64,000 nucleotides of DNA, taken from Nitrospirota bacterium. Its GTDB lineage: Bacteria; Nitrospirota; UBA9217. The position numbers and the translations under genes are program-made. How positions within the stretch are numbered: position 1 is the stretch's first letter; each line of letters opens with the position of its first letter. The DNA is taken from NCBI GenBank assembly GCA_963796285.1, contig CAWCKW010000012.1:1664001-1728000 (forward strand), read 5' to 3'. The notes under the pieces are model-generated. The model had not been told where the DNA came from. It was given only the letters and a program-made list of their open reading frames with translations, and did no database searches. This document shows positions 46,273-56,013 of the stretch, one piece after another.

Positions 46273-47601
46273 TCACAACGTCTGTTTCAATTTTATCTCG
46301 AACCGGAACTTCACCTTATTGTCCACTGCCATGCGAGTATCCAGCACTGCCACATCACTGAAAAGCGCGGCCTTCTGGAGTTCGGCCTTCATCTTGTCAA
46401 TGGACTCGAACGATGCAGCTTCACCCTGAAGTTTCAAACGGTCCCCTTCCAGATTGAAATCCTGAAAGCTCACCCGGACTTCCTTGGGGATCCCCTCGGT
46501 GACCGTCTTCATCACGTCGAGCGCCGAGTTTCCCGTGCCAAGGACGCCGAACTTTTTCTTCGCCTCGTCCAGCTTGGTGCGAAGCTGCCGCACCGGATCG
46601 GCAACGACCTTGGCATCGGGAAATACCTGACGGTATACTTCTCTGATCTCCCGGTCAAGTTTTCCGTAGCTTGACTGAACGAGGTAAAGCTTCACCCCAA
46701 TGTTGGTCGCCGCAAACAGGGCCGCAGCCACTCCGGCAATGATGAGCGTTCGTCTCCGCTTTCGATTGCCTGTATCGGCCCGACGATAGGAGAACTCGTT
46801 CTTCCGGAAGTTTATTCCGTCGGACAATGCCAGGCCCAGACTCATGGGGTCTGCGACCTTCTTTCCCCCGAACTCAGGTGTGACCTGTTCCACCGCGATC
46901 CCGAGGTCCGCAAGCGCCGCGCTCAGGTCGTTGTCTATTGACAACAAATGCGCCCTCTCCACCCGCTCATGGCTCCCTGTTTCAAGCGCCTTCAGCATAT
47001 GATTGATCCCGGCTGTCGCACCGCTATTGGAAAAACTTCTGCAGGCTGTTACCGTATTCCCTGACTTGATGCAGAGATCGCTGCCGTCTATCAGCGCGGC
47101 ACTTCCTTCAACAGGGATCATTTTCGACGCAAAATAGAGGCCGATATAAGAAGGTACGATAACCTGCGGGTCAATGCCAGCCGAAGCGAGAAGGTCGAGG
47201 TGCTGTCGCAGGACAGTCTTGGGCAGCAGGATGCCGAGCACCGAGGTCTCTTTCTTCTCGCCGCCCTTTTCGGCCTTGTCCAGGACGAGGTGGTCGATCT
47301 CCATATCGTCAAGAGAAAAGGGCACGCTGTCTTCGATCTCGAAGGGCAAGGCCTTTTCAATGCGCTTGTGGTCGGAAAAGGGCAAGTGGACCATGCGCTG
47401 GCTGAAATAGTGTCCGGGGATCGATGAGACAATCCGGGCGCCCGCCCAGTCCGCGGCCTGCTCTTTCAGGATATCGACAAGCTCTGCATCGGTGGCAAAG
47501 GCGCGGTTGAAGGAATCCGCGAGCTCTATTGTTCGCATTCCCTTTTCCACGACCGAAACCGCCACCCGGCCCTTCTCTATGCTCAGTCCTACGATCTTCA
47601 C
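46273..47601 (-). CDS. gspL: Type II secretion protein GspL
   Basis: Actin-like cytoplasmic domain (LPFEIEDSVPF), INFRK, TM, PilN-like C-terminus. Confidence 0.85.
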   Translation of the reverse strand: MKIVGLSIEKGRVAVSVVEKGMRTIELADSFNRAFATDAELVDILKEQAADWAGARIVSSIPGHYFSQRMVHLPFSDHKRIEKALPFEIEDSVPFSLDDMEIDHLVLDKAEKGGEKKETSVLGILLPKTVLRQHLDLLASAGIDPQVIVPSYIGLYFASKMIPVEGSAALIDGSDLCIKSGNTVTACRSFSNSGATAGINHMLKALETGSHERVERAHLLSIDNDLSAALADLGIAVEQVTPEFGGKKVADPMSLGLALSDGINFRKNEFSYRRADTGNRKRRRTLIIAGVAAALFAATNIGVKLYLVQSSYGKLDREIREVYRQVFPDAKVVADPVRQLRTKLDEAKKKFGVLGTGNSALDVMKTVTEGIPKEVRVSFQDFNLEGDRLKLQGEAASFESIDKMKAELQKAALFSDVAVLDTRMAVDNKVKFRFEIKLKQTL

Positions 47602-48476
47602 AACGCTCTCCAGTATAGTATCTTATACGTGGCTCCTGCGGTGCCTGCAGTGCCCGACCTTGCTATTATAGCTTCAACCTGTTTCGTATATCCTCCGACC
47701 GATGCAAAAGAGCTTACCGTGAATACTGTGCCGGTATAGGTCAGAAGACCTACGATTATCGGTTTGTCCGATCCCACGATCGCGGCTATCTCAGCGTCCG
47801 TCTTGAATGGCTGCTGGACCCTCCGTTCCACGATGTCGGCGGTCGTCCTCGCATCCAACCCGATACTAAGGAGTACATCCGGCGAAGCCGTGTTGATGTT
47901 GATCCGGGAACCAGGAACCACACTCACCGTCACGTCATCCTGCAACTTTCGGAAGTCCTCGTCGCTGAGAAACGTATGGAGTTCCGTGAGCAGGGAGAAG
48001 GTTCTTAGCTCCGCTTGCATCCACCTGGCCATGTCATCAAGTGTATTTTGACTGATCACGCGGGATGTGAAAAGTCTGCTCAACCGGTCGAAAGCAGGGG
48101 TTCCTATTAGTACCTGATGGATATCAAGCTTTCCGCTCTCATCCTCCCACCGTAACTTGAGTTCCGTGTCTCCGGCGCTCACGATTGGAACGACCCCCCA
48201 CTCACCTGGAAGGGGGAGCATATCCTTGAGTTGTTCATTATCTTTGAACTTTCCGAAAATATCTATTCCCGACCGCGCCAGAAAAAAGGCCCGTTGACTA
48301 TCGCGGAAGTTGACCGCCGCGCGCAGACTGATTCTCGTGCCGTAAGCAAACTCGAAAATAAGCGCAATGAGAAGCGCGGTGACCAGGAGTACGATGATCA
48401 GGGCAACACCGCGCTCGTTTTTTCTCCGTCCTCCAGGTACGACGTTACTCCGCGCTCTGAACTCAGCAGTGGTCAC
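47598..48476 (-). CDS. gspK: Minor pseudopilin GspK
   Basis: RGVALIIVL, ARSG, DESGKLDI, ININTA. Confidence 0.9.
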   Translation of the reverse strand: MTTAEFRARSNVVPGGRRKNERGVALIIVLLVTALLIALIFEFAYGTRISLRAAVNFRDSQRAFFLARSGIDIFGKFKDNEQLKDMLPLPGEWGVVPIVSAGDTELKLRWEDESGKLDIHQVLIGTPAFDRLSRLFTSRVISQNTLDDMARWMQAELRTFSLLTELHTFLSDEDFRKLQDDVTVSVVPGSRININTASPDVLLSIGLDARTTADIVERRVQQPFKTDAEIAAIVGSDKPIIVGLLTYTGTVFTVSSFASVGGYTKQVEAIIARSGTAGTAGATYKILYWRAL

Positions 48477-49198
48477 CGTCCAATGTCCACCTTCGTGAGG
48501 TAGGTTGAACCGTTATTGAACAGAAGCGAAATCTGCACCGCCATCGGCAGCGTGGTCCTGTTGTTCCATTCGTCCGACCACACGAAACCATTGAAGTACC
48601 GGAATTGAAGGCTCTTTATGCTGTCGGTCAAGTCGTATTCGACGCCACCTTCGAGTGCGGGAACGTCTTTACTCAATTCACGCTTTTCCCTGCGCATCAT
48701 GACATATCCCGGACCGTCCGTTTTCTGCTTGAAATAGTATCCTACTTCCCAAAGGTCCGTCTCTTTCGTCCCCGGTCTTCGCCAGTTCGTCTGAGTCGTC
48801 AGATAGAGCTCGTCGTATCGTGGTTTATCGTCACCCGTCTCCGGCTGGACCTTCTTGCCGTAAAAAACGGTCAGGGGAGCATTGGAAGTATTCATCCCCG
48901 GATTCACATATGCATTCGCGATGTCGTTGGTGAGCTTCGCGACCAGGGTGCGGGCCAGGTCCGACGCGTCCCGGATTTTCTCGGCCTGCTCCACGTTCTG
49001 GCTGGTCGTAAAAAAACTCGCGTAAATCACGGTGACGATCCCCGCCATGATCGCCACGGCAATAAGCACTTCGAGGAGCGTAAAACCCTTGGACCCGTGA
49101 GACGTGCGAGGTGAGGAGTGAGGAGTTTGAATCCTGAAGCGTGGAACGATCTCCATCCCTGCACTCCGACCCCTGACCCCTGGCCCGCCGTTATTCAT
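48473..49198 (-). CDS. gspJ: Minor pseudopilin GspJ
   Basis: GFTLLEVLIA, LQFRYF..WSDEW, LPMAVQI. Confidence 0.88.
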   Translation of the reverse strand: MNNGGPGVRGRSAGMEIVPRFRIQTPHSSPRTSHGSKGFTLLEVLIAVAIMAGIVTVIYASFFTTSQNVEQAEKIRDASDLARTLVAKLTNDIANAYVNPGMNTSNAPLTVFYGKKVQPETGDDKPRYDELYLTTQTNWRRPGTKETDLWEVGYYFKQKTDGPGYVMMRREKRELSKDVPALEGGVEYDLTDSIKSLQFRYFNGFVWSDEWNNRTTLPMAVQISLLFNNGSTYLTKVDIGR

Positions 49199-49622
49199 AG
49201 CTCACCAGTTCAACCGATTCCTGCCGCGTGCCCTCTTTCCAAAGAACGGCAATCCGGATTTCCATGATCTTGACGACGAGGGGTGTGAGAGCGATGGTCT
49301 TTTTCCAGGTATAGTCCTTAAATTCCTCCTCGGGAAATGTGCCCTCCCCTTCGAAAATCGTGGGTTTTGATTCAGTTGTCGTCTCAACCATGAGACGTTT
49401 TGCCAGCATCGTTGCCGTAGTCATATGCTCCGCAAGCATCACATCCTGCATGGTCCTGTTTTTGAGGCCAAGGAGGGTCACCAGCACCATGGCCATGATC
49501 GATACCGCGACCATCACCTCGAGGAGGGTGAATCCTGCCGAACGCGAAAGGTGGAATGCGGAATTGGGACGTTCTGTTTTCCATTCCGGATTCCGAATTC
49601 CGAATTCCGCATGACGCATCAT
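49191..49622 (-). CDS. gspI: Minor pseudopilin GspI
   Basis: GFTLLEVMVAV; position in the operon. Confidence 0.85.
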   Translation of the reverse strand: MMRHAEFGIRNPEWKTERPNSAFHLSRSAGFTLLEVMVAVSIMAMVLVTLLGLKNRTMQDVMLAEHMTTATMLAKRLMVETTTESKPTIFEGEGTFPEEEFKDYTWKKTIALTPLVVKIMEIRIAVLWKEGTRQESVELVSYE

Positions 49623-50155
49623 CGTTCCTCCACGTATCCCTCGCGGAGTTCGGTTGCGCCCGTGAGCGGCTTCACGAGAAGCGTGAAATCCTTATCCGCT
49701 CCGTCCCGCAGGTGGATACTGGCATTCTCCACCCAACCGTCGGGGGTGAACTGGATATAGGGATCATCGGGATGGCTGCTCACCTTGACCTCGCGAAATG
49801 TCGTCTGTCCGGAGAGGCTCCCCTCGCTTCCAATATCGGAGCTGTACCTCTTGAATTCCCCTGTCTTTTCACCCGTCTGGACCATCACCTCTGCCCAGTA
49901 ACGCCCTTCGTGGACATCGAACCGGAGACGGTATACGGCCTTCCGCGCCTCGGACTCGTCTTTCAGGAAGCGTATCATACCCGTCAGATGCCTGGCGCTG
50001 CGCTTCAGATTCGCCTCGCCGAGCTCGCCGAGGCGGGGGATAATCAGCGAAAGCATGACGCCCAGGATAACGATCACCACCGTGAGTTCGATGAGCGTAA
50101 AGCCCTGAGCTGTCTTTGTTCCTTGCCTCGTGCCCGCTGCCCCTTGACCCTTCAT
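49619..50155 (-). CDS. gspH: Minor pseudopilin GspH
   Basis: GFTLIELTVV, IQFTPDG, PLTG. Confidence 0.85.
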   Translation of the reverse strand: MKGQGAAGTRQGTKTAQGFTLIELTVVIVILGVMLSLIIPRLGELGEANLKRSARHLTGMIRFLKDESEARKAVYRLRFDVHEGRYWAEVMVQTGEKTGEFKRYSSDIGSEGSLSGQTTFREVKVSSHPDDPYIQFTPDGWVENASIHLRDGADKDFTLLVKPLTGATELREGYVEER

Positions 50156-50158
50156 AAC

Positions 50159-50617
50159 TTACTGCATCTTCCAGCTTTCAATGTCCGCGTTATTCCCCTC
50201 GCCGCCGGGCTCTCCGTCAGCGCCATAGGAAGTGATCTCGTACTCCCTGCCCTCCTTGCCCTCGGTGCCCTCGTTGCTCAAGGATTTGTAGTCATAATCC
50301 TTGCCCCAGGGGTCCTTCGGGATGCGGGCGGGCTTGAGATAGCCGCCTTCTCTCCACTTGGTGGGAATGCGGCCGACCTCGGGCTTCTTAATCAAGGAGT
50401 CGAGTCCCTGTTCCGTGTCCGGATAAAATCCATTATCGAGTTTGTATGCATCGAGTGCGCCCTCCAACGCACGGATCTGCGTCTTGGCCACCTCGACCTT
50501 TGCTTTCTCTTCCTGCCCCAGGAATTTCGGAAGCACCAGGCCCGCGAGCAGGCCGAGAATGATGATCACGACCATGATTTCGATAAGGGTGAACCCTTGC
50601 TGATTCTTTTTACTCAT
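50159..50617 (-). CDS. gspG: Major pseudopilin GspG
   Basis: GFTLIEIMVV, YKLDNGFYP, PKDPWG, SYGADG. Confidence 0.95.
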   Translation of the reverse strand: MSKKNQQGFTLIEIMVVIIILGLLAGLVLPKFLGQEEKAKVEVAKTQIRALEGALDAYKLDNGFYPDTEQGLDSLIKKPEVGRIPTKWREGGYLKPARIPKDPWGKDYDYKSLSNEGTEGKEGREYEITSYGADGEPGGEGNNADIESWKMQ

Positions 50618-50689
50618 GTTAGTTCTCCTTTTCCTTCATTCTCATATGCTGCGATGTGTTCCTTGACCTTGGCCCCGGGACCCCGTCAC

Positions 50690-51910
50690 TTATCTCACTC
50701 CCGAGCTCATTTCGAGCATCGGCAGCATGATGGCGATCACCACGAACCCGATGACCAGGCCCATGGCCAGGATGATCACCGGCTCCAAAAGCGCCAGAAG
50801 ACCGGTCAAACGCGTCTCGACGGTCCGGTCGAAAGAGTCCGAAATCTTGAGCAGCATCTTTTCGAGCTCGCCGCTCTTTTCCCCAACGGCCACCATCTGA
50901 ACAACCACCGGCGGGAACAGGCCGCTCCGGCGGAGCGGGTCGGCGATAGACTCGCCTTCGCGCACGTTTTCCCGCGCCTTCTGAACGGCGTTCGCGAGCA
51001 CCGAGTTGCCGATCACGTTTTTGACGATATCGAGCGCCGCGAGCGTGGGGACGCCGCTCTGGAGAAGCGTCCCGAGCGTGCGCGTGAACCGGGAAACGGC
51101 GATCATGCGGATGAGCGTTCCAAAGACCGGCAGCCGGAGCAGCCGCGCATCGATATTCTCCTTCCCCGCCTGCGTCAACGCGTATCGCCTGAAGTAGTAC
51201 GCGCCCCCGGCAAAGGCAAGCAGGAGCGCCCACCAGAAGGTCGAAAGGAACCGCACCACGCCGAGGAGCACGAGCGTGATGACGGGAAGCTGCTGCTTCA
51301 TATCCTGGAACATGCCGATGATTCGGGGCATCACAAAGCTGAAGATGAAGATGAGCATGCTTACGCCGATGACCGTCATGAATGCGGGGTACGCTAGGGC
51401 GGCGGACATCCTGCCGCGGAACCTGACCTGATCGTCAAGAAAATCTGCAAGCCGGTCAAGGGTGATCTCGAGGGTCCCGCTCGCTTCGCCCGCGGAGACC
51501 ATGTTGATGTAGAGCGGGGAGAAGACCTTCGGGTTTTCCTTCAGCGCATCGGCCAGCGATGCACCCTCGCGCACGCCGTCGCGCACCGACGAGAGCGCCC
51601 CTCTCAGTCCGGCATTCTCCTCCTGCTCCACGAGAACGGACAGCGCATCCATGAGCGGAAGACCGGACGATAGAAGCGTGGCAAGCTGGCGCGTAGCATT
51701 CGCCACATCGCCGAGCCGCACCCTGGCACCAAACGTGAAGGACAGGGTCTCCCGGCGAGCTGCCCGTGTAGAAGCTCCCTCGTGGATCTCGAGGACGATG
51801 ATCCCCTCTTTTTTCAGCTTCGACTTGACAGCCTTGAGACCTTCGCCGTCCTGAACGCCGGAAACGTTGCTGCCGCTGCTGGTAACACCTTTATATTCAT
51901 AGACAGGCAT
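50690..51910 (-). CDS. gspF: Type II secretion inner-membrane platform GspF
   Basis: TRQLATLLSSG, AGEASGTL, ALAYP, VGEKSGEL, LEPVII. Confidence 0.95.
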   Translation of the reverse strand: MPVYEYKGVTSSGSNVSGVQDGEGLKAVKSKLKKEGIIVLEIHEGASTRAARRETLSFTFGARVRLGDVANATRQLATLLSSGLPLMDALSVLVEQEENAGLRGALSSVRDGVREGASLADALKENPKVFSPLYINMVSAGEASGTLEITLDRLADFLDDQVRFRGRMSAALAYPAFMTVIGVSMLIFIFSFVMPRIIGMFQDMKQQLPVITLVLLGVVRFLSTFWWALLLAFAGGAYYFRRYALTQAGKENIDARLLRLPVFGTLIRMIAVSRFTRTLGTLLQSGVPTLAALDIVKNVIGNSVLANAVQKARENVREGESIADPLRRSGLFPPVVVQMVAVGEKSGELEKMLLKISDSFDRTVETRLTGLLALLEPVIILAMGLVIGFVVIAIMLPMLEMSSGVR

Positions 51911-51992
51911 GGTATGAAATCAGAAGACAGGAGTCAGACATCAGAAGTCAGGAGTGAATCGCATCTCCTGGCTGCCGGCTCCCGGATCCTGA

Positions 51993-53681
51993 CTACTGCG
52001 TCTCCTTCTGCGTCACCCTTACCACCTCATCCACGGAGGTGATCCCGGCGAGTACCTTGTCCGCACCATCCTGCCGGAGCGTACGCATGCCTTTTCCCAC
52101 GGCCAGCGCTTTCAGCATGGCCGCGTCTGCGTTCTTCATGATATGCTGCCGGACCTCGTCGTCCACGCTCAGGAGCTCATAGATCGCGCTCCTGCCGAGG
52201 TAGCCGGTCTGGAAGCATGCCGTGCACCCTTTTGCGCGGTATACGGTCGCCCCGGCGGCAACGGTCTTGATCTCGAGCTCCGCTATCTCTGCGGGCGTGA
52301 TCGGGTAGGGCTCCCGGCACGCCGTGCAAAGGACCCGAACAAGCCGCTGGGCAAGGATCGCCATGACCGATGATGAAATGAGGAACGGTTCGACCTTCAT
52401 GTCGATCAGCCGGGTCACCGCGCCGGCCGAGTCATTCGTGTGGAGCGTGGAGAACACGAGGTGGCCGGTGAGTGCCGCCTGGATCGCGATCTCCGCGGTC
52501 TCCGAGTCCCGGATCTCTCCCACGAGGATCACATCCGGGTCCTGCCGGAGCACGGAGCGGAGTCCGGCGGCAAAGGTCAAATGGATCTTCGCATTCACCT
52601 GGATCTGGCCGATGCCCTTGAGCTGGTACTCGATGGGGTCCTCGATCGTGATGATGTTCTTGTCAGGCGCGTTGATCTTCGAGAGCGCGGCATAGAGGGT
52701 CGTGGTCTTGCCGCTGCCTGTGGGGCCGGTCACCAGAATGATACCGTGGGGCCGGGTGATGTGTTCGTTGAACCGCGTGAGGGTATCGCCGGAGAACCCG
52801 ATCTGCTCGAGCGGCAAAAGCGCGCTTTCGCGGTACAGGAGGCGCAGCACGATGCGCTCGCCGAAGGCCGTGGGCACGATCGAAACGCGGATGTCCACGT
52901 CCTTGCCGCCGATCTTGATCCGCATGCCGCCGTCCTGCGGCAGCCGCCGCTCGGCGATGTTCAGGTCCGCCATGATCTTGACGCGCGACGCGATGCTGGC
53001 CTGGAAACGCTTCTGGATCGTCAGGATATTGTAGAGGATGCCGTCGATGCGGAACCGGGCCACCATCTCCTTCTCAAAGGGCTCGATGTGGATATCGCTC
53101 GCGCGTTCGCGGATGGCCTGGGACAATAGCGAGTTCACCAGGCGGATGATCGGCGCGTCATCGGTGGCCTCGAGCAGGTCCGTGGGTTCATCGAGCTCCG
53201 CGGCAAGGAACGAAAGGTCCTCTTCCTCCATCTCCTGCACCGTCTCCTCGGCGCGGTTCATGTCCTCACTGTGCAGGCGGTTGACGGTATCGAGGATCGT
53301 TTCGGAGGGGGAAAGACAGAGGGAGATTTCCGTGTTGAACAGGACCCGGAGGTCATCGATCGTGGAAAGCTCGAGCGGTTCGGAGGTGGCAATGAGCACG
53401 CTGCCGTTCTCGCGCCGGAGCGGGATCGCCACCGCTTTTTTCGCATAGGTGATCGGCAGCTTGAGCGCAAGCTCCCGGTCGATCTCACCAAGGTCCGCCT
53501 GGAACGGCAGGCCGAGCTGCGCGCCGAGCGCCGTGAGCACCTCGGCCTCGGTCACAAAGTTGAGCCGGACGAGCAGCGTACCTATCCGGCCTCCCCTCTT
53601 CTTCTGGAGGTCAAGCGTCTTTTTGAGCCGCTCGGCTGAAAGCCCTGACTCAACGAGTATCTCGCCGAGCAGGCGTCTCAC
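51993..53681 (-). CDS. gspE: Type II secretion ATPase GspE
   Basis: ASDIHIEP, GPTGSGKTTT, LRQDPDVILVGEIRD, TGHLVFSTLH. Confidence 0.95.
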   Translation of the reverse strand: MRRLLGEILVESGLSAERLKKTLDLQKKRGGRIGTLLVRLNFVTEAEVLTALGAQLGLPFQADLGEIDRELALKLPITYAKKAVAIPLRRENGSVLIATSEPLELSTIDDLRVLFNTEISLCLSPSETILDTVNRLHSEDMNRAEETVQEMEEEDLSFLAAELDEPTDLLEATDDAPIIRLVNSLLSQAIRERASDIHIEPFEKEMVARFRIDGILYNILTIQKRFQASIASRVKIMADLNIAERRLPQDGGMRIKIGGKDVDIRVSIVPTAFGERIVLRLLYRESALLPLEQIGFSGDTLTRFNEHITRPHGIILVTGPTGSGKTTTLYAALSKINAPDKNIITIEDPIEYQLKGIGQIQVNAKIHLTFAAGLRSVLRQDPDVILVGEIRDSETAEIAIQAALTGHLVFSTLHTNDSAGAVTRLIDMKVEPFLISSSVMAILAQRLVRVLCTACREPYPITPAEIAELEIKTVAAGATVYRAKGCTACFQTGYLGRSAIYELLSVDDEVRQHIMKNADAAMLKALAVGKGMRTLRQDGADKVLAGITSVDEVVRVTQKETQ

Positions 53682-55888
53682 CGGGTGCCCTCCGCGGGTG
53701 CTGCTGCCTTTTCCACAGCAGGCGCGGATGATACCGTGGTCGTGGGCTCGCTCTTCACTGCCTCCGCAGCAGGTGTGGTTGACGTCGGTGAGCTTGTTAC
53801 CGCTCCTGCGGCGCCACCATCCGCGGACAGTGCCGCCGGCTCCACGTTTCCTCTATTGTCCGATGGTTTAAGCATCGAGTGCTGTCCGTCGCTTTTCTTC
53901 TCGATGTGATATTCCTTTCGGAATTCGTTGAGAATATTTTCCCTCTCTCTGGTCAGTTCCGCGGATTCCTCTGCGGTCTTGATAATGTGGGGAGTGATGA
54001 AGATCATGAGGTTGGTCTTTTCAATCTGGTTCGTCTTATACTTGAACAGCCATCCAAGGACCGGGATGTCGCCGAGGAGCGGCACCTTGATGGTCGAAGA
54101 CGTGACGTTATCACGGATCAGACCGCCGATCACCATGGTCTCACGGTCCTTCACCACGACCGTCGTGCTCGCAGAACGTTTGCTGGTTGTGGGGCCTGCT
54201 TCGTTCGCGGCGGAGGTCGCGATCACATCAGAGATCTCCTGATTAACTTCAAGCCGCACGTTGTCGTCTGAGGTGATCTGCGGCGTCAGCGACAGCTTGA
54301 TGCCTACGTCCTTGCGCTCGTACGTGTTTAATAACGCCGCTCCGCCTGTTGTCGCGTTTTGCGTCTGGGCGACTTTAAAAGGGACGTTTTGACCGACCAT
54401 GATCTCGGCCTTCTGGTTGTCCGTGGTGAGAATATTGGGCGTGGACAATACGTTCACATCCGCATCGTTCTGGACAGCGTGAAGGAGGGCGCCAATGTTG
54501 AGATACTCGATGCCCTTGAACGTGAACGTGCCTTTGACTGCGGCAACCGCAAGGCCACTCGTCGTTGCAAGGGCAGCCGGCCCATTCACCATCGCGTTGC
54601 CTATTGTTCCGAAATTCGTGCCGCCAATGGCCATCGTGGCGGTGTTGCCTTCGAGCTGGTCGAGATTCGCCGCCTGGAACTCAAAACCAAGCTCGCGCTG
54701 CTTTGTGAGGCTCATTTCAATGATGGCGGTCTCCACATAGACCTGACGGCGCCTGACGTCCAGCTTCTGGATCACGTCCTTCACGAGCTCAAAATCAGTT
54801 GGCGAGCCAACGATGATCAGTGAATTCGTGGATTTGTCCGCCGAGACATTGACGGGACCTTCCAGGATCGTGTTGGTACTGGCCTGGCCCACGCTCACAC
54901 CCTGAGGAGGCGCCGGCAGCCGCGCGACGAGCGCTGTCAACAGCTTGGCGATGTCCTCGGCATTGGCGTTTTTGAGGTTGTAAACATTGATCTTCCCTCT
55001 TCCTTCCGGCGCCGGAACGTCCATGGCGTGGATCAGGACCTCGATCTTTTTAATATTGTATACGGAATCGGTGATGATGATGGAATTCGTGTTGGGATAG
55101 GCGATCAGCAGGCCGTCCTTGGTGACGAGCGGGGTAATGGCGCGCACCATATCCTGGGGATTGACATATTTCATCCTGATGAGCTTGGTCACAAATCCTT
55201 CACCCCGGCCATCTCCGTCCTGGATCACCTTTAACCCGCTCTGCCGGGCCGAGGCCGCCGGTATGATGCGGGTGACCGTTCCGTCTTCCACTGCCGTGAA
55301 ACCTTTGATCTCGAGCGCCGACAGGAACACCTGGTACGCCTCGTCCGGCGACATCTTTGTCGGTGTCATGATCGTGATCTTGCCGGTCACCCGCTCATCG
55401 AGGATAAAGTTCCTGCGGGTGAGCTCGCTCATCACCTTGATGAGGGCGCTGATTTCGATGTTCGTAAAGTTCAGGGTAACGTAATCGTCGCTTGATTTTA
55501 TCTTTCTGATCTCTGCCTGATTGGCGGAAGTGGCGGATACAGCAGAGATGGGCACAGCCCGTGCCGGTTCGGCCCTCCGAGGCAGCGCAGGTGCGGGTTC
55601 GACCCTGGCCGGGAGCGTCGGTGCAGGTTCGGCCCCCCGATGCAGTGTCGGTGCGGGTTCGGCCGTCGGAGTCAGCGTTGATGCAGATTCGGCCGTAGGA
55701 GTAATCAGCGTCGATGCAGGTTCGACCGTAGGAGTAACCAGCGTCGATGCAGATTCGGCCGTAGCAGGCAAGGTCGGAGCGGGTTCAACCGCAGCAGGTG
55801 CGACTGGTTCGTTCGTACCGTTCGTCGCGTATACTACGGATGCACTCACAAGCCCTATCACAAGCAGCAGGGCCGCAATTTTTTTCAC
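53678..55888 (-). CDS. gspD: Secretin GspD with an N-terminal tandem-repeat linker
   Basis: LNFTN, N-domains, QVYVETAI, VLSTPNILT, KVPLLGDIP. Confidence 0.95.
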   Translation of the reverse strand: MKKIAALLLVIGLVSASVVYATNGTNEPVAPAAVEPAPTLPATAESASTLVTPTVEPASTLITPTAESASTLTPTAEPAPTLHRGAEPAPTLPARVEPAPALPRRAEPARAVPISAVSATSANQAEIRKIKSSDDYVTLNFTNIEISALIKVMSELTRRNFILDERVTGKITIMTPTKMSPDEAYQVFLSALEIKGFTAVEDGTVTRIIPAASARQSGLKVIQDGDGRGEGFVTKLIRMKYVNPQDMVRAITPLVTKDGLLIAYPNTNSIIITDSVYNIKKIEVLIHAMDVPAPEGRGKINVYNLKNANAEDIAKLLTALVARLPAPPQGVSVGQASTNTILEGPVNVSADKSTNSLIIVGSPTDFELVKDVIQKLDVRRRQVYVETAIIEMSLTKQRELGFEFQAANLDQLEGNTATMAIGGTNFGTIGNAMVNGPAALATTSGLAVAAVKGTFTFKGIEYLNIGALLHAVQNDADVNVLSTPNILTTDNQKAEIMVGQNVPFKVAQTQNATTGGAALLNTYERKDVGIKLSLTPQITSDDNVRLEVNQEISDVIATSAANEAGPTTSKRSASTTVVVKDRETMVIGGLIRDNVTSSTIKVPLLGDIPVLGWLFKYKTNQIEKTNLMIFITPHIIKTAEESAELTRERENILNEFRKEYHIEKKSDGQHSMLKPSDNRGNVEPAALSADGGAAGAVTSSPTSTTPAAEAVKSEPTTTVSSAPAVEKAAAPAEGTR
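55550..55790 (-). repeat. About eight tandem 30/33-bp coding repeats (AEPAPTLxxx) in gspD
   Basis: VEPAPTLPAT/AESASTLVTPT/VEPASTLITPT/AESASTLTPT/AEPAPTLHRG/AEPAPTLPAR/VEPAPALPRR/AEPARAVP. Confidence 0.9.
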
Positions 55889-56013
55889 TCTTGTTGTCCT
55901 CCGTGTAAAATAGCAATGACGCGGAGACTCGGGGATGCGGGGAAAATTGTTGCCATTATCCTTTTCTCTCCCCATCTCCGCATCACCCCGTCACCGCGTC
56001 TGTTCTTTATCTC

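Noticed and set aside
49556-51397. Long plus-strand ORFs (613 aa here; also 4604-6085, 19655-20941, 29983-30984)
   Set aside because: These are antisense shadows of well-supported GC-rich genes, with no motifs of their own.
55550-55790. Possible CRISPR array
   Set aside because: The repeats are contiguous, degenerate and in-frame coding units without unique spacers. No cas genes and no repeat-spacer array were seen anywhere in the window.
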